DNA from: Eledone cirrhosa
Taxonomy: Eukaryota
Direction: 5' to 3'
DNA: 64,000 nucleotides
Assembly (NCBI GenBank): GCA_964016885.1
Contig: OZ024740.1
Location: forward strand, 309,132,001-309,196,000
This document shows, one piece after another, positions 42,774-57,045 of the stretch (position 1 is the first letter of the stretch; each line of letters begins with the position of its first letter). The notes beneath the pieces were generated by a model, which saw only the letters and a list, made by a program, of their open reading frames with translations, did no database searches and was not told where the DNA came from. The position numbers were made by a program, and so were the translations under genes.

Positions 42774-45700
42774 TTTTTTTTCTCTTTCTCTTAATTTTGA
42801 GTATATTTTTTTGACCGGCCACCTTCCTGGTGGCAAGGTTGTAAAAGAAAAGAAATTGTCATCCCTTGAATCGCAAGAATGTTTTGCAAATTTTGAAGGT
42901 GCCAGCTATCGCAGCCATTTGTAGACTATGAATTAGGGAGCTGCGCTTTTTGTCCGCAAATCCAAGTTCATTCATACTTTGGTCCAAGCGGGTTGGTATA
43001 TAACCCGTAGCACCAATAATGATGGGTATGAAGCTAAAGGTGTATCTTGGATACTGGATTTGTAAACTCCTCATCAATGGTCCGTAGATGTCCTCCTTTT
43101 CCTGTATTTTTCTGACAACGTTTACATCAAGTGGGCAGCTGATCTCCACAACAGAACACGTTTTCAATGTGTGGTCCCAAACTACAATATCAGGCCGGTT
43201 GTGCTTTAATCTGGTGGCAGTTTTTATTTTCAGGTTCCACCAGTATTCCTTAGTGCCATCTGTCTCAATATATTCTTCCTCGTTTGTTGTTAATTTTGTT
43301 TTCCGAAGTGCGTTCCAGATGGTTCTAGCTATCCCATCGTGTCTCATGGGGAGGTAGTAGCGAGATGACATTCTTTCGCAGCTGGCAACAATGTGGCTTA
43401 CATCCTCGATCTTTGTTTTACATAGCCTACATTTATTGTCAGCTGCTGGCCCTCCTCTTTTGTGCAGCAGATATTTGGTAGGGAGTTCTTGTTCCTGTAT
43501 TGCATAGAGATATCTCTCAAGGTGTGATGTCATAAACTTGTCGGAACTCCATGCCAGGCTTTTTGAGTGGTTTATCCCCTCTATGGTCTGTGTTTTACGC
43601 CTCAAGTATCCATGCACAACTTTTTCTGTAAATTGGTCAATTTTTTTTTCTTGTTTGAACATTGAATAGGATCTTCCGATTTCTCTGGGTGAGAGATTTA
43701 TATCGGGCTTTATTCCATATCTCTCCTCCAGATCAGTCGCTATTCTAATGATATTTCTTTTTTCATGGTCATAAACCTGGGCAAGATGGTTGCCAACCTT
43801 TTTCCTCTGTTGAAGGTGTTGCTTCAGTGTCACTATCCGGGTCTCATATGTTGTTAATATTGATTTTAGACCCCGGCCACCTTCCTTGCGTGAGAAGTAT
43901 AGCCTATCCACATCACCATTGATGTTAAAGTTCCCAGTAACACTGAGAAGTTTTCGAGTTCTAACATCCATCTCACTTAGTTCTTGCAATGACCAGTTCA
44001 GTAGGCCAAATGTTGGCGTTAGAATTGGCACAGCATAAGTATTGTGGGCAATGTATTTGTTGTATGCTGACAGTTCTGATGACCATATTTTCTTTACTCT
44101 TCTGAGGTATTCAGTTCTGGTTTTCTCCTTATTTATGGGTCCATCATATCTGACATTCTCATCCTGTCCAAGATATCTGTAGTTGTCACCTGACTGCAGA
44201 GGTTGTATTGTCAGGCCGTTCATCTCTAGATTTCTAGAGGAGGGCACAGCTCTTCCACGTTTTACTGCCAAATATGCACACTTGGACTCACCAAATTTCA
44301 TTTTGATGTCGGTTGAAAATTGTGTAATGAGGTCCAATTGTTTCTTGATGTCATTGATATTTGGCCCATACAACTTCAGGTCATCAACAAAGAAAAGATG
44401 GGAGATACTTCTGGTCCCACTTCTTTGTCGACCTTGTTTCCTGAGTAGGTAAGATAGTGGATTCAGTGAGAGAACGAAGAGTAGCACCGACAAGCTATCA
44501 CCCTGAAAGATGCCCTTCTGGTAATGTATCTTATCAGTCCTAACCTGCTCCTTCTCACCTCTAAGGATCAAACTGGTGTACCAGTTCTTGGTCAGGCGTT
44601 CAACAGCAGCTACCAATGGTTGTGGGACTTTAGCTAACTGTAAAGCCTTAACAATCCACCCATGAGGTACACTATCAAATGCTTTTTGATAGTCCAGCCA
44701 CACGACAGTCATGTTTCTGCGATTCTTTGTTGTTTTTTCCTGAATCATTTTGTTAGTTAGTAGGTGATCTATGCAACCCCACACCTCCCTCTTTCCACCA
44801 GCTTGCTCAGGTGTTATGATGTTGTTGGTAGCACAGTGATCCTGTAAGAACAGGTTAAGGCACCCAGTATATAATTTATACATGATGTTTTGGCAGGCAA
44901 TTGGGCGGTAATTTTTAGCAAGGGTGGTTTGGCTATTTTTGGGAATGAGGAGAGTAGAGGCAGTTGATAACCATCTGGGCAGTTCTTGTGTGCCCTTAAT
45001 GGTTTCTGTAAACAGCCGTATGAGATCTTGCCGATAGAAAGTGAAATTCTTCAACCAGTATCCTGTAATGAGGTCTGGGCCTGGCGATTTCCTATTCGAC
45101 ATTTTCTGTAGAGCTGTTTCCAGTATTGACCCATCTATGTCATATTGTTTTGTCTGGACATGTTGGCAGTAGTCCTGTTCCAGTTCTTTTAGCCAATTAG
45201 CTTGTCTGTTGAATCCGTCATCCGTTTCCCATACAGATCTCCAGTAGCTCTCAACCTGTTCTTTTGAAGGGGTGTCATTTACAGAGATTGAGCTTTTGCC
45301 ACCGAAGCTGCGATAAACTGATTTAGGATATCTGGCAAACAATCTATTTAGCACTTGTCGTTTATGTGCTGTTGACTTATATTTTAGTCTTTCTGTTGTA
45401 GCTGTGAGTTGTTGTTTCAACTGGTGTAATTTGGAGTTCAAAGTTTTAAATTTTGTATCTCCAAATCTTCTCTCTAACTTTTTCTTTAGGCCTTCCTGGT
45501 GTTGTGTGAAGTTGCTCTCTATGTTGCATTTCATAACGACTGCGATGTGTGAGATACTTCGTCTCAGGGACAAAATTTTGGTTTTTAAATTTCGCATCCA
45601 CGCTGGTTCAGGCTTTCTGTTTGTATCTTGATTGCGTGGTTTTAGATGTGTGTTATATGCTAGCAATGTGACAGCTGAAACATATAACAAAACATTAAGC

Positions 45701-46517
45701 GTTTCAAATGTCGTTTCTACACCTTTAGATCGTATAGCCTTCAGATAATTGCCAGCTATTTCGTTCACCGCTTCCAATTCCAATTTAGTGGGTTCTTTAC
45801 TGACTCTAGTGTTGTATGGTCTGTCACTCACATTAAGGCTGTGTATCTCTTGAAACATATCATTCCATATCACTTGTAGGGAGCCCACAAGTTTTTGGTG
45901 CTCTGTTTGTTCAGTAGAGTCATGAATTTCAGCCTCGTTGTTGATGTGGTGACAATTACTACTAGAGTCAGCTGACCTTTCTCGCTGTTCTTCAGTGGAA
46001 GTGGGATGAATTTCAGCAAAATTGTTGGTGAGCTGTTCACTGTTAGATTTAGCTGGCCATTCTCTTTGTCTGTCAGTGGAGGTGGGGTGGTTGTCTACAA
46101 GGGCTGTATTTGTAGTATCACTCGATTCCGTTAGATGTATCAATTTACATCTAATGATACGTTTTGCCTGTTCATTTAAATGCTTTGGAGAAAAGTCTAA
46201 TTCTGGGTGTTTGGAGTTCCATAAAGTTTTTAGCCTTTGCATAAAACCGAACTTTTGGGGTTCAGATTGTTTGTATGCTTCATATAATACTTTGTTAAGC
46301 TTGTAGGTCCACTGTGTACAACGGTTGTAATTGCGATTTGGTCGAAGGAGACTTGTACTTTTTGCCATGATGAGTTCGTCTATTCACTAATATTTCGTAT
46401 TTATTTTTCAAAATAGTCGATGATCTTCTTTAAAAGTTACGACAAAGTTCTGTCAGAATCAAATTTAAAGTTATTCACAGCTTGAGTAATATTTCTTTTC
46501 AGTTAGTTTTTAATTCT
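42774..46517 (-). mobile_element. Apparently full-length R4/Dong-clade non-LTR retrotransposon inside a microsatellite
   Basis: Single ORF with short UTRs, A-rich 3' end, TA/TATG repeats on both sides. Confidence 0.88.
42859..46368 (-). CDS. Reverse transcriptase + CCHC + restriction-like endonuclease polyprotein (1169 aa, intact)
   Basis: [44 protein letters not shown]; CRLC-x7-HIVASC, RHD, RPDIV...VEISCP...K..Y. Confidence 0.95.
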   Translation of the reverse strand: MAKSTSLLRPNRNYNRCTQWTYKLNKVLYEAYKQSEPQKFGFMQRLKTLWNSKHPELDFSPKHLNEQAKRIIRCKLIHLTESSDTTNTALVDNHPTSTDRQREWPAKSNSEQLTNNFAEIHPTSTEEQRERSADSSSNCHHINNEAEIHDSTEQTEHQKLVGSLQVIWNDMFQEIHSLNVSDRPYNTRVSKEPTKLELEAVNEIAGNYLKAIRSKGVETTFETLNVLLYVSAVTLLAYNTHLKPRNQDTNRKPEPAWMRNLKTKILSLRRSISHIAVVMKCNIESNFTQHQEGLKKKLERRFGDTKFKTLNSKLHQLKQQLTATTERLKYKSTAHKRQVLNRLFARYPKSVYRSFGGKSSISVNDTPSKEQVESYWRSVWETDDGFNRQANWLKELEQDYCQHVQTKQYDIDGSILETALQKMSNRKSPGPDLITGYWLKNFTFYRQDLIRLFTETIKGTQELPRWLSTASTLLIPKNSQTTLAKNYRPIACQNIMYKLYTGCLNLFLQDHCATNNIITPEQAGGKREVWGCIDHLLTNKMIQEKTTKNRRNMTVVWLDYQKAFDSVPHGWIVKALQLAKVPQPLVAAVERLTKNWYTSLILRGEKEQVRTDKIHYQKGIFQGDSLSVLLFVLSLNPLSYLLRKQGRQRSGTRSISHLFFVDDLKLYGPNINDIKKQLDLITQFSTDIKMKFGESKCAYLAVKRGRAVPSSRNLEMNGLTIQPLQSGDNYRYLGQDENVRYDGPINKEKTRTEYLRRVKKIWSSELSAYNKYIAHNTYAVPILTPTFGLLNWSLQELSEMDVRTRKLLSVTGNFNINGDVDRLYFSRKEGGRGLKSILTTYETRIVTLKQHLQQRKKVGNHLAQVYDHEKRNIIRIATDLEERYGIKPDINLSPREIGRSYSMFKQEKKIDQFTEKVVHGYLRRKTQTIEGINHSKSLAWSSDKFMTSHLERYLYAIQEQELPTKYLLHKRGGPAADNKCRLCKTKIEDVSHIVASCERMSSRYYLPMRHDGIARTIWNALRKTKLTTNEEEYIETDGTKEYWWNLKIKTATRLKHNRPDIVVWDHTLKTCSVVEISCPLDVNVVRKIQEKEDIYGPLMRSLQIQYPRYTFSFIPIIIGATGYIPTRLDQSMNELGFADKKRSSLIHSLQMAAIAGTFKICKTFLRFKG

Positions 46518-47030
46518 ATATATGTATGTATGTATATATGTATGTATATATATATGTATGTATGTATATATATATATATGTATGTATATATGTATGTATA
46601 TATATATATATATATGTATGTATATATGTATGTATGTATGTATGTGTATGTATGTATGTATGTATGTATGTATGTATATATATGTATGTATATATGTATG
46701 TATGTATATATGTATGTATGTATATATATATATATATGTATGTATGTATGTGTATTACATGTATATATATATGTATGTATGTATATATATATGTATGTAT
46801 GTATATATATATGTATGTATGTATGTATATATGTATGTATGTATGTATATATATATATGTATGTATGTATGTATGTATATATATATATGTATGTATATAT
46901 ATATATGTATGTATGTATGTATGTATATATATATATGTATGTATATATATATATGTATCTATATATATATATATATATGTATGTATATATATATGTATGT
47001 ATAGTATATATATATGTATGTATATATATA
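46518..47030. repeat. (TA)n/(TATG)n microsatellite
   Basis: Seen directly. Confidence 0.97.
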
Positions 47031-48312
47031 CGGTGCGGACGATAGTTGTTCGCAAGATTACTGTCTAGGAAAAAGTAACACAGTAGTTTTATTTTTTGAT
47101 GATATATTTATCAAACTTGGGTCAGTTTGTCTTCATGACTTGTTCTTTCAATCTCACTTGATTTCACTCGATAAACCCGCCATTGGCTTTTATGACAGCC
47201 TCAAGGCGGCCTCGGTACCGGCTATAGGCCTTCGTCACTCTCTCCCTACTTAGGCCCCTAAAGGCACTTGTGATCTTGGCCTTCAGATCGTCTTTCGTAT
47301 TGCAGCTAGATCTGTTGGTGTCTCATTCCACTGCGCCCCACACAAAGAAGTCGAGGAGTTTGCAGTCAGGCGAGCTGGGAGGCCAGATGTCAGGTGAAGT
47401 GTGGTCGACGATGTTCTCTGACAGCTAGGCTTGGGTCTTTTGGCTGGTATGGCAGGGAGCTGAGTCTTGCTGCCACACGTCCGGCCTACCTGCAGCTACC
47501 TGGTCGATCCAGGGCTTTACTACCTCGCTCAGAACGCGGTGTTCAGCTTGAGGCCCTCAGGGAAGAAGTGAGGTGGCACGACGTCACCTTGACTGCTGAC
47601 GACACCTAAGACCAATGTTGTCGCAGGAAACTTTGTCTGCATGACTCTGGGCATGTCTTTGGATGTGACAGCGAGCCACCTGTTGTTCTGGCAGAAGTTT
47701 TTCTCGTCAGAGAAAAACCACAGCATGTCTGGCTCCAGTGGGTGTTCCAACTTGTTGATCAGCTTCTTTGCGTGTTTCAGTCACTTTTCTTGCATCGCCT
47801 TTGACAGAAATTGTCCTTTCCTCATCTTGTATGAAATGTAGCGAATGTCTTCATGTACCACCAGCCTAATGAGCTTTTCATCCACGCCTTTCTCCCTTGC
47901 AATGGCACGCATCAACTTGCTAGGTTCATTGTTGATGATATCCTAAACTTCAGTGACGAACTCGGGCGTTCTGAAGGCGTCAGATCGTCGGTCATGTGTT
48001 TTCCTCTTTGATGTTGCTTCGTAGTCGAATCCTGAATCTTCCAATTCCTTTCTGACCTTTTCCACCATTCTCTTGCTGACGCTGAGAAAGTCTGAAATTT
48101 CCTTATTTGTCCTGCCGGCACGGATTCCAAGAAGAACTCCGTGTCTTGTCCACAAATTTGGAGGTTCAAAATTATTCATAATCAATTATTCTGAAAATAA
48201 ATAATGGAAATATAGTCACTGTTTCTATGAAGACAAGAGTGACAACGGAAGTAAAAAAAATTTGCATAAAATTAGCAGTTGAAAATTGCGAACAAATATT
48301 GTCCACACCCTG
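47031..48312 (-). mobile_element. Tc1/mariner DD37D (maT-type) transposon with pseudogenised transposase
   Basis: Imperfect TIRs cggtgcggacgatagttgttcgcaa / cagggtgtggacaatatttgttcgcaa; TA flanks; FSDEKNF, WQQDSAPCH, WPPSSPDCKLLD (37 aa spacing after restoring one base); stops and frameshifts. Confidence 0.9.
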
Positions 48313-48316
48313 TATA

Positions 48317-48398
<82 letters not shown>

Positions 48399-48489
48399 CT
48401 ATGTCCCCGTGCATATACATACACATGCACCCCTGTATATACGCATATACATATATATATGTACATGTGTATATACATATTTACACACT

Positions 48490-48826
48490 TTTGGATGGCC
48501 GTTGACCCTTATGAGTTCTTCCGCGGTTAAACGACTGGGAGTGAAGGACCCCTAGCCTTTCTCAGGGCATTCTTCTAGGAGAAGGCAACTCAGGAAACTG
48601 GGATAACTCCGACATAAAACCTGCAGCTCAGTAGTTATCGATGATGTTGATCTTTTCTTCTTTTCGGTTATAGCTACTGTCGCTCAGAGAGTGGGATTGG
48701 CTCAGTGCACAGTCTTTCGTCACTTTAAAAAAATATCTTCAGGCACAGGCATTGCACGATAGAATTAATTAATAATTATTACTAATGGTATATCGTGCAA
48801 TGGCCATACTCGATAACGAGGGGGCA

Positions 48827-48832
<6 letters not shown>
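48490..48832 (+). mobile_element. RTE-derived non-autonomous element related to family B
   Basis: ttctaggagaagg...gatgttga...gagagtggga...gcacaggcattgc...actcgataacgag. Confidence 0.7.
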
Positions 48833-48896
<64 letters not shown>

Positions 48897-48901
<5 letters not shown>

Positions 48902-49156
48902 CATCATAATCATCATCTTACGTCCGCTTCTCCCTGCTTGCAAGGGTGGGACGGGTCTTATTCAGCACAGCATCTCTCCACTCGTCACGGTCCTTTGTCA
49001 TCTCCGCCGTGAGCTTCAATGATCTGAGGTCTGTTCTCACCACCTCCGCCCATGTTTTTCGTGGTCTACCTCTACCACGTCTTCCTTCAACTGGCATTTC
49101 CTGGCACTTCTTCACCCATCGGTCATCCTCCATGCGCATCACATGTCCATACCACT
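48897..49156 (-). mobile_element. RTE LINE 3' fragment, same family as 50285-53380
   Basis: [17 protein letters not shown]...[10 protein letters not shown] nearly identical. Confidence 0.92.
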
Positions 49157-49449
49157 GAGGTGGTATGGACATGTGATGTATATATATATATATCCGTAAG
49201 ATAATCAATATTTGTTTCAGAAATTTAGAAAACTGCTCTTACTGCTTACATTTACTACTTATTCTATAGCTTCATTGTCACATGTCATTGTGACCAGAGA
49301 TTCCATTTAACTATCATCTTAATGACAATAAATACCATTTTGGGATTTGTATACTTGCAATGCTGTTTGGTTTGCGTTCAGATGATGGTTTGTTTTAGTT
49401 GAGTTTTCACAGAAATAATTTTTAACCCCCTTTTTCGTTTGCTCTGTCT

Positions 49450-49493
49450 CTTCTTCTTCTTCTTCTTCTTCTTCTTCTTCTTCTTCTTCTTCT
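49450..49493. repeat. (CTT)n microsatellite
   Basis: Seen directly. Confidence 0.95.
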
Positions 49494-50069
49494 GTTAGGC
49501 TTTCAAGAGTCTGGAAGCATTTGAGTGGAAATACTTGACTATAACTTTAAGAGTTTAAATTAATGAGATGCAAATGATTGAATCTGTTGATTTTAAAATA
49601 TTTTTTGTCACAGAGGTTTCCAGTTTAATATTGCTTTTTTGATTGACTATTAGGCCTGAAAAGTGTCATTAGTCACTGATGAAATATTTGATGTTCTGTT
49701 TCTTCTACTTATATTTCATCTATAAAATGTTATTAAAAGCCTATTCATTTCAAAAATAAAAAAACAGCAGAACGAAATATTAAATATTTTGAGATCTAGT
49801 TGGTGTTAGGTGGAGTATCTGGTTGTAAAATATTGCTTTCAAAAAGATCCCATGGTCAACACACAGTATTTCATGAGGCCAGCTAGGCTAACCCTAGCTT
49901 TAGTAGGAAAAAAATGGCTTTAAAATGCTTGCTGCAGCTGCACCTCATTTTATATATATTCTCATATATATATGAGTGGTGTGCGTGATTGTATGCTTGA
50001 ATGAGTGTTGGTATGTGTGGTTGTGGTTTGTATGCATGAGTATTAGTGTGTGAGTCGTGTCAATAAGTT

Positions 50070-50109
<40 letters not shown>

Positions 50110-50284
50110 GACCATGCTGTAAAATGGAGGGGTAGAGAGGGCCCTTGAGTCTAGTAAGACATCCTCTCTAGTGCTGGTGGCACAAATAAAAGCACCCAGT
50201 CCATGCTGTAAAGTGGCGCTGGTGTTAGGAAGGGCATCCAACCAGTGTATCAATGCCAAAAAGCTTATCAGCACAGCAACAAAA

Positions 50285-53200
50285 CAGCATAGAAAAATAT
50301 GAAGACGTCGCATCTCAGAGTTGCAACACTTAATGTTGGCACTCTCAGAGGTAGGTCTGCTGAAATAGCGGAGATGCTGGAGAGAAGGCAGGTGGATGTG
50401 TGCTGCGTGCAAGAGGTGAGATGGAGGGGTGCCTCTGCGAGACTAGTCGTAGGCAAGCGTCTTAGCTATAAGCTATTCTGGGTAGGTAAGGATGATGGGT
50501 TAGGGGGAGTAGGCATTTTCCTGGCTGAGAAATGGATCAATAAGACAATAGAGGTAGTTCGAGTTAGTAATCGAATAATTAAGCTTAGATTAGTTGTAGG
50601 TAGGAGACTACTGACAATCATCTCGGTCTATGCTCCCCAAGCAGGCCTAGACAAAGATGAGAAAGACTGCTTTTATGAGCAACTTTTGCAAACAACCACA
50701 ATGACAGAGGACGGAGACATCGTTATGCTAGCAGGGACTTCAATGGTCATGTTGGACAGCTCCAGGATGGTTACACTGGGGTACATGGTGGGCACGGTTA
50801 CGGTTCAAGAAATGAAGAAGGAGTGAGACTTCTTGAATTTTGTGATGCAACACAAACTTCCAGAAACCTGCCAATCACCTAATAACCTACAAATCTGGTG
50901 AGCACATAAGCCAGATTGACTTCCTGCTAGTTAGGCAGCGGGACAGGCAGATAGTGTCTAATACCAAGGCATACCCTGGGGAAGAATGTACCCCACAGCA
51001 TAGGTTAGTTGTTAGTGATATCTCAGTAAGCAAGAGATGGAATGAGACATATAGGAAGGTGTGGAGAAGAAAGGTCTGGAAGCTAAAAGACCTTTCACTA
51101 AAATTCAAATTTAGGAAAGCCCTTCAAGATGTATATGACGAAAAAGAAGACGATTTAGAGACGTATGACATAGATAATAACTGGAAGTTCTTACGTGACA
51201 ACTTGCTGAAGGCTACTGATGAAGGCTACTGATGAAACCTGCGGAGCTCCAACCAGACATAGAGTGACCTGGTGGTGGAACAGCAGTGTAGATAAGGCTA
51301 TTAGAGACAAACGACTAGCATGGAAGGCTTGGAATAAGGGTGGGAGTAGGGAAGAATATACAGCCACTAAGAGAGAAGCTAGACGTCAGGTGTACTTAGC
51401 ACGCAGGGAGGCAGAGAGTAGGAGGTTTGCCAATGTTCTGCGACGGGAAGATCAGAGGCGTGCGGTGTTCCACATTGCAAGGCAGTGTGTCAATGCAAAT
51501 CAGGATGTTGTTGGTGATAAATGTGTCCGGGATGATGCCGGTGTACTTAGTGTCACGAATGACCAGAAAAAGGAGGCCTGAAAATGTCATTATGAGAGAC
51601 TGATGAATGTGGAGAACGAATGGGAGAGAGAGAAATTACCCTTGGTAGATCCGACAGAGGGACCAGCTATTGAGATTGACGAATATAGGGTCCAAGAGGC
51701 GATTAGGGAAATGAAAAATGGTAAGGCGGCCGGACCATCGGGAATAGTTGCTGAGATGCTGAAGGCATCAGGGGACGTAGGCACTAAACTGGTTGCACGC
51801 ATAATCAATCAGGCTATATATGGTGGTGTCATACCCAAAGACTGGTGCAGCAGTATTCTCATAAATTGCTACAAAGGTAAAGGGGATGCTTTGGAGAGGA
51901 GCAATTATAGGGGTATAAAACTGATAGATCAGGTTATGAAAGTGGCAGAAAGGATTTTAGCACAACTAATTAGAGAAAGGGTCAAACTAGATGAGATGCA
52001 GTTTGGTTTTGTGCCTGGGAAGAGTACAACAGATGCCCTCTTCTTGGTGAGACAAATGCAAGAGAGGTTCTTAGAGAAGAATACGCCACTATACTTAGCC
52101 TTTGTTGACCTAGAGAAGGCCTTTGATAGGGTACCCCGATCTGTCATCTGGTGGTCCCTAAGGAAGCTGGGTGTTGAGGAATGGCTTGTAAGGACAGTGC
52201 AAACTTTGTACAGAGGTACTCTCAGTAAAGTCAGGGTAGGAATGGAGTTTAGTGAGGAATTCCAGATACAAGTAGGAGTACATCAGGGTTCGGTCCTCAG
52301 CCCGCTCTTGTTCATTATAGTCCTCCAAGCCATAACAGAGGAGTTTAAGACTGGCTGTCCATGGGAACTTCTCTATGCTGACGATCTGGCTCTTATGGCA
52401 GAATCAGTAGAGGAGCTAGAGAATAAATTCCGGCTATGGAAACAGCAGTTGGAAGCAAGAGGACTGAGAGTAAATCTAGCTAAGACAAAAGTGTTGATGA
52501 GTAGAAAAGAGGACAAAACCCTGATTCCGTCAGGGAAATGGCCATGTTCGATATGCAGAAAAGGAACTGGCATAAATTCTATAAAATGCACACAATGTAG
52601 GTCCTGGGTACACAAGAGATGTAGCGGGATAGCAGGCAAACTAACAGGTAGGGAGAAATATGTATGCAGTAGATGTACAGGGAAATTAGACAGTAGAAGT
52701 CGCACTGACAGACACATTTTTCAAATGCGAGAGGGCGCTATAGAAGTGGTGGATAGCTTCCGGTACCTAGGAGATCAGATTAGCATGGGAGGAGGGTGTT
52801 CCGAGGCCATAGTATCTAGAATAAGGACGGGTTGGAAGAAGTTTAGGGAGCTGCTTCCTCTGTTGACGAAGAAGGGTTTCTCCCTGCGTACGAAAGGCCG
52901 GTTGTATGATGCCTGTGTGAGGAGCGCGATGCTGCATGGTAGTGAGACATGGGCAGCTACCGCAGAAGATATGCGACGGCTGGAGAGAAATGAGGGAAGC
53001 ATGCTCCGTTGGATGTGCAGTGTAAATGTGCGTGAACGACCCAGCATAAATGTGTTGAGAGAGAAACTGTGTCTGAGAGGGATAGAATGTAGTGTATGGG
53101 AGAGGAGACTGAGGTGGTATGGACATGTGATGTGCATGGAGGATGACCGATGGGTGAAGAAGTGCCAGGAAATGCCAGTTGAAGGAAGACGTGGTAGAGG

Positions 53201-53380
53201 TAGACCACGAAAAACATGGGCGGAGGTGGTGAGAACAGACCTCAGATCATTGAAGCTCACGGTGGAGATGACGAGGGACCGTGACGAGTGGAGAGATGCT
53301 GTGCTGAATAAGACCCGTCCCACCCTTGCAAGCAGGGAAAAGCGGACGTAAAATGATGATGATGATGATGATGATGATGT
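50285..53380 (+). mobile_element. Near full-length RTE LINE (APE + RT), frameshifted in the 5' half; RT frame 51603-53351 open
   Basis: [44 protein letters not shown]; (GAT)n tail; 13-bp duplication near 51208-51234. Confidence 0.96.
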
Positions 53381-53999
53381 ATATATATATGTGTGTGTGT
53401 GTTTAAAAATATGATTTAATGATTTCTAAATATTTTATTTTCAAATCTTTTGTGACCTTTGTTGTTGCAAATTTATCCCAGGCTAGCCTTAACCAAGCAA
53501 TCCCACAATAATCTTATCTTTTGCCCAACCATAGAATTCACCTTGGATCAGTTTGCCCATGTGTCTTTTTCTAGATTGATAAGTTTTACATTTACATTAC
53601 TCTATATTTACTATTGTATTTTCATGGCAAAACCTTAACCTCACATAATTATCTCACATAATATCGAATCTATGAGCTGTTGATATTAATTATTTTGAGA
53701 ACAATACCTTAATATCAGTATGAGTGGCTTGTTACAGCTGGTTTGAACAGAAAGAGGTGAGATAATTCTGGCTGGATGTGGCTGGTTTAAATGCTAAAGG
53801 GTTAAATTAAGAGATGCCATCAGAGGTGCCCTTTGAATAGTCTTTTATTGTTGTTGTTGTTCAACCCCGAATCAACTCTGAGCAAGTATGGTCAAAAGCA
53901 TATCAGCCATAACTATCTCGCCTTTTTAGGACTATGAAGGATACATTATGTAATGTAGCCTTCATTGTTTAAAGTTGAGTGGTATGATTTGAAGAGAAA

Positions 54000-54165
54000 T
54001 TTCTCTCGCTCACTTTGATCGTATCTTTTGGTGCGCTGTATTAATAAGGTTCCTGGAAATAGTTAATTGTATTTATTATATGTGTTTGTATTTTAATTCT
54101 GAAAGAATTGTGAACAATTTGTAATGTTATTTATACAAACCGTGAATAAAATATTTTATATATAT
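54000..54165 (+). repeat. Dispersed repeat, SINE-free paralogue of 7165-7620
   Basis: aatagttaattgtatttattatatgtgtttg...gaacaatttgtaatgtta shared. Confidence 0.8.
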
Positions 54166-54581
54166 AAATATTTCACAAAATAAGAATAAAAATAGTGATA
54201 GTAAAAGAGATTTAGATGGGAAAATGATGAAAAGTTGAAATCACAAATTTGGCTACTCTTTCTAGAAGATCAAGCAACCGCATGTCCTTTAATTTGTTTC
54301 TAATATAGGATTAATACTGGAATTCCTTTTATGAGAAAACTCCATATTTCTATACTTCCTTTATGTTGGTATCATTATTTTGTAGTCTTATTATGATCAT
54401 ATCTTGAGTTTCTTACTAAATGCCGTAGGAGTAGCAGCTGCGGTATTTATTGAAACATTATTAAGTCTCTGTTGAATTCATTACATTTACCATATTTGTA
54501 GCCCCTCTGGATATATTCAGGAACTTGACATTTTATGTTGCACTGAAGTTCAGTTTTGATAATATATTGTTCCTCACTTAA

Positions 54582-54997
54582 CCCTTTTGATACCAACATG
54601 TTCAAAACCACCTCTGATTCTATGAAACAAGACCATCCATTTTAAAGGGTTCCTATCATCATCACCCTCATCATCATGTACCATCTATTTTCCATGCTTG
54701 CCTGGGTTTACATACTGTCTTGTTATGAGGCGAGACACGGTCAGGTGACCATATCTTGCTCATATGCTCTGTTTTTTACTTGGTTTTCTATGGCTAGAAG
54801 TTCTTCCCAACACTTCCCAACCACTTTACAGCATGGTCTGAGAGCTTTTCACATGGCACCAACACTACCATCTTAATGGGTGAACTGGTGCTCTTTTTGT
54901 TATTGCACTGGTATGACCATCTTAATAATGAAATAACTAATTTTGGTAAATCACTCCAAATACTTAATTAAATAATTCAGATAGGGTAATGAAAAGG
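54582..54997 (+). mobile_element. piggyBac-like MITE with TTAA flanks and a nested SINE/RTE-tail fragment (54655-54915, -)
   Basis: TTAA-cccttttgatacc ... ggtaatgaaaagg-TTAA. Confidence 0.55.
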
Positions 54998-55183
54998 TTA
55001 AGTTTGCATAATTCTGTTCTTCATTTAAAAGAAAACCCTCTGTATTTTACTTCTTACAAATGTGTCTGTATGTATACATTCATGTGTAGATTAAAATAAC
55101 ATTTTATAATAAAACTAGATTACACTGATATACATGGTTGAATAACAACAAATATCTTTTTGTACTACTGTATACTTTTATAG

Positions 55184-55310
55184 AGGTGGTGAATTGGCAG
55201 AGTCATTAGAACATAGAATAGAATTGCTTTATGGCAATCATTCTGGTTCTCTGCGCTCTAAATTCAAAATCTGCCTTTCATCCTTTTGTGATCAATAAAA
55301 AAGTACCAGT
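55184..55310 (+). mobile_element. SINE family C, decayed
   Basis: ggtggtgaattggcaga...gcctttcatcc...aagtaccagt. Confidence 0.65.
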
Positions 55311-56344
55311 TTCTCTATATTTCTTTCTCGCCTCCTTTCTGTCACACTCTATTGACTGTGTTTAGATTTGGAGAGAGAATTGGCTCTGCTAGACTTCAAA
55401 TGTCCAAGTCACTTCATATATCATTTCAGTGCTCCTACAACTCTACCAGGAGTTTTGGGTTCATACATACTTTTACAGAAAATGATAATACCACTATAAT
55501 TTTGTAAATTACACTAAAATCTAAAAATAACTTCCACTATATTTGATTCATACTACTGACCTATATAGAGCAATTTTAATACAGTTAGATTAGTACTTAT
55601 TTAATCAGTAACACCAATATGATAGTCATATATAGTTGTTGGTAATGTACTAGCCTACAAACCAAACCATTTTTTTTTTTATCTTACTACATTAAATATA
55701 TGTTAATTCTATGGTCTTCATGCAGAAGGCATCCTTGTGTAATTTTCCTATGTTATTAATTTAAATTACCTAATCAGTGAATATTTTCCACTCAAATTTC
55801 TATATATTCTCTCAGTCATTTGAAGACCTGGTGAGTTCTTGTAAAACTATGTTTTTCTGAGGAAGTCAAATAAGACTGAAACATCTTAGGACTTGTCACC
55901 ACACATATCAAAAACTGGACTCATCCCCCAATGCATGCCTCCATTCAATTATGTATCAATTTAGATTTGGAGTTATCTTCCTTGATTTTCTTGACAAGAA
56001 TTAGTATTATAGTTAATGAGTGTTATTTTCATTACAGTGTATTTTTATTTGATTAAAATTATTTTCTTTTAACAAAATGTTGTAGTTTGCTTGAAGCATT
56101 CTGGAATAAGAAACACAAATTTAAATAAGTTTAAATATTTGGAAGCCGTACAATGCATGCAAGATTAAAAGTCCCAAGGTAATAGGAGTTAAAGCTCACC
56201 ACATTAGCCCTTGCTCAACTAATAGTTCAACAGTAGCTTTTACCCTGCCAATGACCTATCTTCTACCCAGAGCTTTCTCTCTAGTAAGAATGTTTAACTT
56301 ACTAAAGTTCCTAGTAAATCTGATAACAAATATCTTTCATATGA

Positions 56345-57045
56345 ATGCTGAGTGGTTAAGAAGTTTGGGTTGCAAATCATGAGGTTCTGGATTCAATCCC
56401 ATTGTGTGGTACATTGGGCAAGTGTCTTTACCATAGTCTCAACTCGATCTGGACTTTATGAGTGAAATTGGGCAAACAGAAACTGTGGAAATCTTTTTGA
56501 TGGATTGTTCCTGTAAGTTCATAATGTGTCATGCTGACTCTATCTGAAAATGTTTCACAAAAGCTTTGGCACAGGACTGAACTGACTGAAATGCCTTAAT
56601 ACCAAAGGGCCATCCACCAGTACAAGCACTGCAACACCAAAAGTAAACATGGTGAGAGACAAGAGGTTATAATGTTGGTGATTGAACAGAGACAATATAG
56701 GATCTGAGAGGACTTCAATCTAGATGAACATGTGACAATCTCCCTGGTGCTGGTGCCATGATAAAATGCACCCAGTCCACCCTGTAAAGGGATAGTGCTG
56801 GTAGCATAATAAAACACATCCAATACACATTGTAAAGTGGTAGTGCTGATTCCATGGAAAAATTAACCTCGTAATAACCTTTGTAAGGTGGTTGGTATTA
56901 GATAGGGCATCGAGCTGTAGAAGACATGACAAATATGGAACACATGAGCAAGATGAGGTCACTGCAACCTATCTGGTCTCAGATTATGACAACCTAGCCA
57001 ACCCATGCCAAACTGGAAAGCAGGCCTAAAACAATGATGATAATG
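56345..57045 (+). mobile_element. Decayed tRNA-SINE head plus SINE core with tandem units and RTE-type tail
   Basis: gagtggttaagaag...ttcaatcc...gggcaagtgtctt; ctgtaaag units; aacccatgcc...aatgatga. Confidence 0.55.

Noticed and set aside
43088-46306. Short + strand ORFs antisense to the R4 ORF, and similar ones opposite the RTE ORFs
   Set aside because: Shadow ORFs of coding sequence with no independent motifs
50067-50106. Poly(T) tract as a processed-pseudogene tail
   Set aside because: Adjacent sequence is SINE core, not a recognisable mRNA; no TSD found
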